From a virus: a DNA stretch of 64,000 bases. A program made the position numbers and the translations under genes. How positions within the stretch are numbered: the first letter of the stretch is position 1; each line of letters starts with the position of its first letter. The notes under the pieces are model-generated. The model did not search any database. It had not been told where the DNA came from and was given only the letters and a program-made list of their open reading frames with translations. The stretch is taken from IMG/VR virus record IMGVR_UViG_3300025137_000027, positions 12,869 through 76,868 of that record; one strand, written 5' to 3'. This document shows positions 56,309-64,000 of this stretch, piece after piece.

Positions 56309-57535
56309 ATGGACATTCTTGCATTAGTTAAACAGTACTGCAAGAATCACCGAAATGAGACACACGCGCGTATCGCTTCGCTGATTCTTGAAGAAAATCC
56401 AGGAGTTGAGCTGTCACATCGCTCGCTACGACGAGCGGTGGCTAAAGAGCGCAAGCCCGTTCCAGAGGTAACTCAAGATATTTCTCCGCAAGCAGCTAGC
56501 TTTACCTATAAAGGTGCTGATCCTATTAACAACTTAGACGAAGCCTTAGAGTACTTTAAGGTAGACACTTCTAAGTGGGAAGTTGCTCGGTACACTTGCA
56601 ATAGTTGGGAATCCCAAACTAAGACAGGTCCTATAACCATGCACCAGGTTAAGGTTCAACTTGAGCCTAAAACTGTAGAAATAGATCTTGAAGGAGTTAT
56701 TGAAGATTTGCGCGAAACTCTAGATGGGTTTCAAATCAATCGCGGACCTGGAAGCAATACAGCGGTTCTCGCTCTCTCAGACTTCCATATAGGAGCTAAA
56801 GTAGAGGCTATGGGCAACACGCCTGTATTTGACGTCAAGACCGTTGTAGCACGCTTACAAGAAGTCGCTACTCAGGTAAACTCTAAACAGTATGAAGATG
56901 TTTACGTTTGCCTTCTTGGGGATTTCATTGAATCTTTCACAGGGCTTAACCATATGTCTACATGGCACGAGCTTGAGCATAAGGGACACGGCACTAATGT
57001 TATTATCCTAGCTTATAATATCATTCGTAGATTCTTAACGAGTCTTGACAATGTAGCAGGCGTATATATCGTTAGTGGTAATCACGATAGGGTTACCATG
57101 AAGATGGAAGGAGACCCATATGGTTCAGTAGCAGGACTTCTTGCATTTATGCTGAAAGAAAACACTCCGTTGGATATAAGACACAATGCCGTACTTTTGG
57201 GAATAGAGATAGATAGTATCTATTACATCCTTACACACAACCATTTTGGAGTGTCTAAGGGAGACTTAGGAAAGGCTTTCTGGGAGCATGGACGGCAAGG
57301 CGTATACAATGTTATGCTGGGCGGTCACTGGCACTCGCGGAAAGGAAAGCGGGTCTATACCACTATAGACGAGAAACAAGTTGATCAAGCAAACTACCGG
57401 CAGCTAGCAGTTGCTCCTTTGTTTACGGGTAATTTTTACTCGGAAAGCAACGGGTGGAATAGCTCTGCTGGTTATACTGTAATTGTAAATAACGGACAGG
57501 GGAAACCCAATGTCTTTGAATACGTTTTATCCTAA
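56309..57535 (+). CDS. Calcineurin-like metallophosphoesterase
   Basis: LSDFHIG, LLGDFIE, SGNHDR, THNH and GHWH motifs. Confidence 0.85.
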   Translation: MDILALVKQYCKNHRNETHARIASLILEENPGVELSHRSLRRAVAKERKPVPEVTQDISPQAASFTYKGADPINNLDEALEYFKVDTSKWEVARYTCNSWESQTKTGPITMHQVKVQLEPKTVEIDLEGVIEDLRETLDGFQINRGPGSNTAVLALSDFHIGAKVEAMGNTPVFDVKTVVARLQEVATQVNSKQYEDVYVCLLGDFIESFTGLNHMSTWHELEHKGHGTNVIILAYNIIRRFLTSLDNVAGVYIVSGNHDRVTMKMEGDPYGSVAGLLAFMLKENTPLDIRHNAVLLGIEIDSIYYILTHNHFGVSKGDLGKAFWEHGRQGVYNVMLGGHWHSRKGKRVYTTIDEKQVDQANYRQLAVAPLFTGNFYSESNGWNSSAGYTVIVNNGQGKPNVFEYVLS

Positions 57536-57924
57536 TGTCTGCAGGTAAATACAACTTTGTAGTAGAGCAAGGATCTCAACATGAGGTATCCTTTCGATAT
57601 AAGCTAGCGGATGGCAATTACCAGAACTTAGATAGCTTTCGAGCTAGGATGTCTGTTAAAGACCATATCACCGATACGGCATATGTGTATCGAGCTACTA
57701 GCGATGCTTCTAGTGACACTGGTTATAATGTACATTTTGTTAAGGCTGCAAGTCAAGGGACTGCTGCAAATACAGGTAAGTTTACTTTAACTATTCCTGC
57801 AGGTACTACGAGTGCTTTTACTTTTGGGCAAGGAGTTTATGACTTAGAGTTAGTAAGCAATAGTGGGGTGGTATCTAAGTTGCTTGAGGGAAAGTTTAAA
57901 GTCAAGCCTCAAGTATCTGAGTAA
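57535..57924 (+). CDS. Tail-fibre adaptor-like protein (BppU N-terminal-like)
   Basis: YNFVVEQGS...GVYDLEL...LLEGKFKVKPQVS pattern. Confidence 0.6.
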   Translation: MSAGKYNFVVEQGSQHEVSFRYKLADGNYQNLDSFRARMSVKDHITDTAYVYRATSDASSDTGYNVHFVKAASQGTAANTGKFTLTIPAGTTSAFTFGQGVYDLELVSNSGVVSKLLEGKFKVKPQVSE

Positions 57925-58955
57925 TGCCTAATAAAGTTGAAATAACTGAAGCAGGTAAAAATATCGTACAGATATCTACTAGTCCTACTACTCTTGCTAT
58001 TACCGAAACTACTCACACGGTAGAAATAGCCGCTTTGACCCGTGCCGTAGGTAATGCAACCTTAACCGGAAGTATCGATATAACGAATACAATTGGAGAC
58101 GCTATTGCTGGAGGTACCTATGCATCAGGAACAACTTTAGAGGCTGTAGTAAGAGATCTTATCGGTCCTTTCTTAGAGCCTAGTTTTTTAAGTGTTTCTT
58201 TCTCAGGTACTGGTGCTCAGCAGTCAGACGGAGAAAACCTTTTGGTCGAGTGCGGCAGTGCTGCTACTGTTTCATCAATGCTTATTACTTGGGCCAACCC
58301 TGAGAACTTAGATGACGATACCAATCTTGTAATTACAGACACTGCTGTTGTAGGAGGAAGTAATGGAGCAATGGTAAATCAGGATATTGCCAATTATGGG
58401 GCTTTAAACGTACCGCATAATCAACTCATTAATTATGTTGTTCCGGTTCAGACTTCTCCCATAAGCCGTAGTATTACGCTTACAACCGGCTATTTAAATA
58501 ACAATGGGGTTGGATCAGTTGTAGCACTTACGAAGACTGTAAAGATTCACCATCGTAACGCTGTGCTTGTTAGAACGGGAACGGCTGCTACAGTAGTTTC
58601 TGCAGGAAGCTTCACTGCTTTTTTAAACGCTTCAACGGCGGTAGTGCAAACACTTGGAGTAGATCAAACTCAGGCTTCTCAAAATATGTCTGTAAATTGT
58701 ACTTCAAATACAGGTAATTCAAGTAACTTTACATACCTCTTTATGCCACTTGCGGCTTCTTTAGGAGAGGTTGCGGCAGAAGTGAACGTTAGGGGTGTAG
58801 CAGACTACACCGACAGCTGGGTGTTAGACGATAACAGCGGTAACGGTTATACTCGAACCATTGGAACAGCGTCTCCTTTATACAAAATTTATAGAAGCAT
58901 TCAACCCGGGGCATTTGACTCGGACATTACTTTGAACATCGAAATCTTACATTGA
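57924..58955 (+). CDS. Tail-associated structural protein
   Basis: 343 aa, Thr/Val-rich, in the tail cluster. Confidence 0.5.
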   Translation: MPNKVEITEAGKNIVQISTSPTTLAITETTHTVEIAALTRAVGNATLTGSIDITNTIGDAIAGGTYASGTTLEAVVRDLIGPFLEPSFLSVSFSGTGAQQSDGENLLVECGSAATVSSMLITWANPENLDDDTNLVITDTAVVGGSNGAMVNQDIANYGALNVPHNQLINYVVPVQTSPISRSITLTTGYLNNNGVGSVVALTKTVKIHHRNAVLVRTGTAATVVSAGSFTAFLNASTAVVQTLGVDQTQASQNMSVNCTSNTGNSSNFTYLFMPLAASLGEVAAEVNVRGVADYTDSWVLDDNSGNGYTRTIGTASPLYKIYRSIQPGAFDSDITLNIEILH

Positions 58956-58956
58956 T

Positions 58957-61092
58957 ATGGCAATCAAATTTGGAGACACCCTTGAAAATCAAAACACCAG
59001 CTACCCTATTGTAGATGTAGTTGGGGATAATATTGCGGGTGTGCATATTGTATCTGCTTTTGACAATACTCAGTTAGCTGCTATTCCAGTCAACGCTCGC
59101 AGACAAGGTTCTATTGTAATCAATACCGCTGACGGAAAGGTCTACATCTTTAAAGGCGGGACTGTTACGGGCAACGATAACAACAGCAATGCGTGGGGCC
59201 ATGCTGCAGGCACAAACTGGGTACCTGCAGGTAGCACTACTTTAGGTACTCCAACAGATGGAGACTTGACTGATGGTAACCCGGCAATCGGATCGTTTAC
59301 GGCGAGCACGACAATTGTAGATGCTATCGATTTATTGAATGAAACGCTGGGTTCTTTGGTTCCTACAGCTCCAACAGATTGGAATACATTTGAAAATGGC
59401 CTAGCTGCAAGTGCATTTGGAGTTCAGGCTAGTGCTAATGCTCGCCTTACTCCGAAGGACAGCAGTGGTAATAATATCACGCATGCAACAAATAACAGTG
59501 GCGCATCATATACAGCGGGTAGTGGCAGTAACACAGTAAACTGGGAGACTGATACTTCCATTAATGCAGAGTTTAGCCCTGGTTCTGTTGGGTCAGAAGG
59601 AGATAATGATCTAGCCCCTACTGTGCTAACCTTCCGACTGAACGACGAGTCTGTAACGCTAGCGTCCACTTCCGCAACATCTGCAACCTTGGCTGCTAAC
59701 CAAAATACTCATGGAGGAGCAATTACTTTAGCGGTAACTTATGGCAACTTCCCAACTACAGGTGACTCTGCAGGATTCTATCAAGGAATAGATAAAGTAG
59801 AACTAGATATTGGGGCCTCTCTTCTGCAAGGATTCCACAAACTCACCCTTGAGGATGCCTCCAACAATGGCATAAGCAATACTATTTATAGAGCACCTAG
59901 CTCAACCGATATTTCTGTTACTGCAGTTGGGGTTGCAACAGACGCTGGAGATAATATTTATATGAGTGGTCAAAAGTTTTGGACCAGACCAACATACCTA
60001 CCTAGCGCAGTAGCAGTACAAACAATTATACCGTCATCCGCACTGGTATACGGCGCTACCTCAAGCGCAACTAATAATACCTTCTTGACGTCCACGAATG
60101 GAGATATCTTTCCTGCACTAGCTTCTAAAAGCTACACAGATATTAGTGGCGTTACTTCTGTAGACGATTTACGTTTAAATCAATCTGTTACTTTTGGAAA
60201 TTCTGACTATTCTTCAGTTACGGCTGTCGCAGGGACGAAGGGATTTAAAGATTTGAATGGTGTGAGCAACAGTAATGTTCCTAAGATTAACGGTCTTTCT
60301 ATACATGGTAATGATCTTAACAACAGAGTCTCTGCTGCAGGCGCTAACTATGCTTTTTGGGATAAAGGCAGCGTTGCACAATCGCTTGCAAACCTCTACC
60401 CTTATGAGGACAATTTGTATACCGACTTGCACTCAACCGATAATGAAGGTGAGCGCGTAGTTGACCCAGATGCTATTACTGGTACTTATGTAGACAATCC
60501 AAGTGACGCAGTATCAGCTTATACTCTATGGAGTCCCCAGTACGGTAACAACACTAGTGGTTCTTTATCTCTAGATGCACAGGATGCTATTACCTGTATT
60601 AATTCTGCAGGCACTTCTTTAGAGTGTGCTCATGAACTGCGCAACTTTACTAGCGGATATACGTTTGCTGCATCTGCACAAAACTTTAGCGGTCGTACAA
60701 GTGGTACTGCCCAATACGTTACTTATCGCTTCCCTATCAATGGGACATCTGTTGCAACTGTTTACTTGAAGTTTCAGGGAGACTTAGACGGAGGTGGTGA
60801 CGTCTTCATCAAAATCTTTGACGGTGCTGGGGCCACAAACCTAGAAGGAGCTAACTCTTCTACAGGAGGCTGGATGCCAGCTACTTTAAATGGTACCAGC
60901 AATGGTAATGTACCAGTAGGAGGGTGTGCTTCAGGAACGCCTCTTTCTAAAACAGCAACAAGCTTACAAACTGTAGCTCTTAATGCTGGAGGGGCACGAT
61001 GGGAAACCGGCAGTGATAATTTTATCTATGTACGAGTCAAGCTAAAAGCAGGTGACTACGTGCGTAAAATCGGACTGTGTGCTACGGCCTAA
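58957..61092 (+). CDS. Tail fibre/spike-like protein
   Basis: 711 aa, Ser/Thr/Gly/Asn-rich; LGTPTDGDLTDG and DAIDLLNE motifs. Confidence 0.6.
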   Translation: MAIKFGDTLENQNTSYPIVDVVGDNIAGVHIVSAFDNTQLAAIPVNARRQGSIVINTADGKVYIFKGGTVTGNDNNSNAWGHAAGTNWVPAGSTTLGTPTDGDLTDGNPAIGSFTASTTIVDAIDLLNETLGSLVPTAPTDWNTFENGLAASAFGVQASANARLTPKDSSGNNITHATNNSGASYTAGSGSNTVNWETDTSINAEFSPGSVGSEGDNDLAPTVLTFRLNDESVTLASTSATSATLAANQNTHGGAITLAVTYGNFPTTGDSAGFYQGIDKVELDIGASLLQGFHKLTLEDASNNGISNTIYRAPSSTDISVTAVGVATDAGDNIYMSGQKFWTRPTYLPSAVAVQTIIPSSALVYGATSSATNNTFLTSTNGDIFPALASKSYTDISGVTSVDDLRLNQSVTFGNSDYSSVTAVAGTKGFKDLNGVSNSNVPKINGLSIHGNDLNNRVSAAGANYAFWDKGSVAQSLANLYPYEDNLYTDLHSTDNEGERVVDPDAITGTYVDNPSDAVSAYTLWSPQYGNNTSGSLSLDAQDAITCINSAGTSLECAHELRNFTSGYTFAASAQNFSGRTSGTAQYVTYRFPINGTSVATVYLKFQGDLDGGGDVFIKIFDGAGATNLEGANSSTGGWMPATLNGTSNGNVPVGGCASGTPLSKTATSLQTVALNAGGARWETGSDNFIYVRVKLKAGDYVRKIGLCATA

Positions 61093-61111
61093 TCCTTAAT
61101 ATCTACAAACA

Positions 61112-63259
61112 ATGGCTACATTTAGCGGAGAGGAGCAGTTAGACCTCTTAATCAAAAAACTGTTTTACGGGGTTGCCAAGGGGGGATCTAGTGATAACTA
61201 CAACTTCTCTAACGAAGTACATGACTCTTTCTTAGCAGTCAAGCCGGCCAATATTTGGACTAATGCAGCAAGCATTCCAACCGCTCCTCCAACCAACACA
61301 GACACTACGGTAGAAGTATATACTCCGAATGCCGGTGGTAGTCAAAATGCCCCGCTCGAGCTTACCGCTGTAAGTCTTGCTGGGAATGCAGGCGACTACT
61401 CTAACTTCCGTAAGCAATGGGTTGCTTTAGATAGCAGCGATAATCGCTTAAAGAATTGGATCGGACCTGGTTATGGGGGCGCTTATGCTGCAAGAGTTTA
61501 TGTAGGTGCTACAAGCTGGGATGGTACCGACGCTGATGCTTCAAATAAAGGCATCCAAGAGATTAGCTTTGGGGGTAACGCAGCCGCAGACTGGTTCTTT
61601 GACTATGAAGCGGGAGTGTTGTTTTGGACCAATGAAAACCTTAGTGAAACAGGTGACTTTCAGGGGTCTGCTAACTTTACTACAGATACAAGCCTTATTG
61701 CTAATGGCGATGTAGTTTACATCAAAGCGTATCGATATATTGGAGGCACTGGACTAGGTTCTGCTACTAACGTCTCCATCTCTGCATCTGCTGATGATAC
61801 TGCTTTTCCACTTGTTTTCGCAGACGGAGCAAATGCTTCCGCTGCTCTTAAGGTAGATGGTGTAAATCCTGCTACTTATAACCCAGACAGTGGGATATTA
61901 ACTACTACGACTTTATCCGCTACAGCTAGCTTTACAACAGCCATTTTACAGGTTAATGGAAACTCAACCTTAGGAAACCTCGCATCTGAAGACACCGTAA
62001 CTTTTAGTAGTCGTATTGCTAGTGATTTTATTCCTAGTACTAATAATAGTAAGGATTTAGGTTCGGGCTCTCTAAAGTGGGCGCAGGTACACGCTACTAC
62101 CTTCACCGGTAACTTGACTGGTGATGTAACTGGTAACGTAAGCGGTTCTTCTGGCTCAACAACTGGTAACGCTGCTACTGCAACAGCCTTGGCAGCTGCT
62201 GTAACAATTGGTGGAGTATCATTTAATGGTTCTCAGAATATTAACTTACCGGGTGTAAACGCTGCGGGTGACCAGAACACTTCAGGTACTGCAGCAAAAG
62301 CTACAGCTATTGCAGGAGGGGTTTTAGGCAGTGTACCTTACCAGAGTGATGCAAATACTACTGCATTCCTTGCGGGTAACACAGCTACTACTAACCTGTT
62401 TATGCGTTCAGTGGGCGATGGCACTGATGCTGCAGCTCCAACTTTTGCAGCAGTAACTAAGGCAGATGTAGGACTGGGTAGTGTTACCAATGCAAGTCAA
62501 GCAACAATAGTAGCAGCTGCAGAAGCCTCCGCTGCTAATTTATACTTGCCTTTGAGCGGCGGTACAATAACAAGTGACCTTAGTATCACTGGTAACCTAA
62601 CAGTTAGTGGGGACTTTGTTCAAGCTAACTCTACTGCGGTTAACTTTGAAGATGCAGTGCTTGCTCTTGGGGTGCCACGCGATGGCTCTAACGCTATTAC
62701 AAATGGCACTTCTATTATAGACACTGGTTTCAACTTTGTTAAAACTACAGGAGGTGCTGCTATTACAGAGTTTGCAGCGTTACGATACGATATTAGTGAT
62801 GATAAGTTTAAGTTTACTCGTCATGCAGACGGAGGAAACTACACCGAGACGCAACTGATTAGCGGCGCAGATAACGTGGCTGCGCTAAAGTTTAATATGG
62901 CGGCAGCAGACACTGTTGTTCAAACAGATCAGGCTGATACTCTTGTAACGATGCCCGATGGTCAATTTGCTAATGCAGCAGCAGCTCGCTCGTTAGGAGC
63001 TGTAGCTAAGTGTCGAATCACTATTACTTCTACCGCTGATGGGAGCAGCAACTTTGCCCCAGACATTCAAGGCGCTAATGGGTATGTAATCAAGCACAAC
63101 TTGGATACTCAATCTATTTATGCGATAGCTATTAAAGATCCAACTGGTACTCCAATTCCAGTTTTCTGTAAGTATGAGCCTATTAACAATGCATCAGTAC
63201 GTGTGACGGTAGGGATTACGGCTGACAATGAAGTCTATGATATCATTGTAATTGGATAA
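61112..63259 (+). CDS. Tail fibre protein
   Basis: FTGNLTGDVTGNV, GNAATATAL...IGGVSFNGSQNINLPG and VTKADVGLGSVTN fibre repeats; C-terminal KHNL. Confidence 0.75.
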   Translation: MATFSGEEQLDLLIKKLFYGVAKGGSSDNYNFSNEVHDSFLAVKPANIWTNAASIPTAPPTNTDTTVEVYTPNAGGSQNAPLELTAVSLAGNAGDYSNFRKQWVALDSSDNRLKNWIGPGYGGAYAARVYVGATSWDGTDADASNKGIQEISFGGNAAADWFFDYEAGVLFWTNENLSETGDFQGSANFTTDTSLIANGDVVYIKAYRYIGGTGLGSATNVSISASADDTAFPLVFADGANASAALKVDGVNPATYNPDSGILTTTTLSATASFTTAILQVNGNSTLGNLASEDTVTFSSRIASDFIPSTNNSKDLGSGSLKWAQVHATTFTGNLTGDVTGNVSGSSGSTTGNAATATALAAAVTIGGVSFNGSQNINLPGVNAAGDQNTSGTAAKATAIAGGVLGSVPYQSDANTTAFLAGNTATTNLFMRSVGDGTDAAAPTFAAVTKADVGLGSVTNASQATIVAAAEASAANLYLPLSGGTITSDLSITGNLTVSGDFVQANSTAVNFEDAVLALGVPRDGSNAITNGTSIIDTGFNFVKTTGGAAITEFAALRYDISDDKFKFTRHADGGNYTETQLISGADNVAALKFNMAAADTVVQTDQADTLVTMPDGQFANAAAARSLGAVAKCRITITSTADGSSNFAPDIQGANGYVIKHNLDTQSIYAIAIKDPTGTPIPVFCKYEPINNASVRVTVGITADNEVYDIIVIG

Positions 63260-63263
63260 AGCA

Positions 63264-63271
63264 TATATTTG
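63264..63271 (+). promoter_or_regulatory. Bacteroidota -7 promoter element
   Basis: TATATTTG in the intergenic gap before 63295. Confidence 0.45.
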
Positions 63272-63294
63272 TACCAGTACCAAAAACTTATAGC

Positions 63295-63678
63295 ATGTTA
63301 CTAAAAGATTGTATCGGGGTCTATCAGGCCTTTCAAAAACTTAGTGCAATGAACCTCCCACTGAAAAGTAGTTGGATGATTGCGCAAAACATTTCTAAGC
63401 TTCAACCTGTAGTTGAAACGTTTGAAGAGAGTCGCCAAAAGTATATCACGAGTTTGCAAGAAAAAGCAGCGCGAGATAAGGAAGGGAATCCTGAAGTCAG
63501 CGATGAATTAGCTGACGAGTTTCGTACTGACGTAGAAGCGTTACTAAACGAGGATCAAAAAGTCAGACTGAAGAAGGTAACTTTGTTTGATGACGGCAAG
63601 CTGTCTATTGAACCAAATGTCCTTCTCGCAGCGATGGACTATTTAATCCTTAAGGAAGATGGCAATAAAGCTAGCTGA
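63295..63678 (+). CDS. Hypothetical protein (possible tail assembly chaperone)
   Basis: 127-aa helical protein between fibre genes. Confidence 0.5.
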   Translation: MLLKDCIGVYQAFQKLSAMNLPLKSSWMIAQNISKLQPVVETFEESRQKYITSLQEKAARDKEGNPEVSDELADEFRTDVEALLNEDQKVRLKKVTLFDDGKLSIEPNVLLAAMDYLILKEDGNKAS

Positions 63679-64000
63679 TGTAATTGAGAATGTAAATTCT
63701 AACTTTGCTGTTGTAGAGACTAACAAACATAATATTGTTGGGCTGTATAATGGCTCTGTTGGTACTGCGCCTTCATTAGAGATTTATCATAATGGGACCC
63801 ATGTTAAAACGGGTTTAACTAGTGACGGCGTAAATACAAATAGAGTAGAGGTATATAAGTCTCCATTTGCTCAGAGTGCTGCTACGAATTATGTTACAGG
63901 CACAGACAGCTTAAAACTAGAAACCCGTAAAGGAGGTTTAATTTCTGTGCACGATGGGGTGCTTAACGACGGCAATGGAGGAGAAGCAGTATACTTGGTT
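63659..64000 (+). CDS. Tail fibre-like protein, 3'-truncated by the window edge
   Basis: MAIKLADVIENVNSNFAVVE..., N-terminus similar to 58957 (MAIKFGDTLENQNTSYPIVD); open to the window end. Confidence 0.6.
   Translation, partial: MAIKLADVIENVNSNFAVVETNKHNIVGLYNGSVGTAPSLEIYHNGTHVKTGLTSDGVNTNRVEVYKSPFAQSAATNYVTGTDSLKLETRKGGLISVHDGVLNDGNGGEAVYLV

Larger units (their letters stand above)
1..64000. mobile_element. Crassvirales (crAss-like) bacteriophage genome segment, probable Bacteroidota host
   Basis: Gene set and synteny: TerL-portal-scaffold-MCP block, giant virion RNAP with DxDxD motif, cargo proteins, PolA/primase/DnaB/PD-(D/E)XK replication block on the opposite strand, IHF-like gene; no cellular housekeeping genes. 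Confidence 0.93.

Noticed and set aside
1-64000. Stop-codon reassignment (TAG or TGA recoding) as in some crAss-like phages
   Set aside because: Genes, including the 14.7-kb ORF, are intact under the standard code, and TAA, TGA and TAG all occur as stops at sensible gene ends; no suppressor tRNA was seen
1-64000. Diversity-generating retroelement, integrase or anti-CRISPR locus
   Set aside because: No reverse transcriptase, recombinase or template/variable repeat pair recognised in this window

Overview
This 64 kb window is most of the genome of a lytic, podovirus-like Crassvirales (crAss-like) phage, most likely infecting an aquatic Bacteroidota (Flavobacteriales-like) host. Host evidence: TAnnTTTG promoters, a type IX secretion C-terminal domain and the crAss-type gene set. 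There are three blocks. (1) 1-21990 (+): ejection/cargo proteins, including a GH19-bearing protein and a 4910-aa giant carrying the virion RNA polymerase (DYDID motif) plus a zincin domain, followed by a signal-peptide protein with a T9SS type-B sorting domain. (2) 21970-41476 (-): early and replication genes (GroES, UDG, PD-(D/E)XK nuclease, amidoligase with a GATase-II/GGCT fusion, RusA-like, primase, SSB-like, AAA ATPase, DnaB, SF2 helicase, PolA, ParB-like, small lipoproteins) and a structured non-coding region at 38.8-39.2 kb. (3) 41624-64000 (+): IHF-like protein, terminase, portal, scaffold-like protein, major capsid, ring/decoration proteins, a metallophosphoesterase and tail fibres. 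The standard genetic code is used; no integrase, tRNA or CRISPR was seen. The most notable observations are a phage-encoded T9SS cargo protein, an amidoligase peptide-ligation module, a promoter- and terminator-bounded cloverleaf-like small RNA, and a repeated 25-nt candidate phage promoter. All family assignments come from reading motifs by eye, not from database searches.
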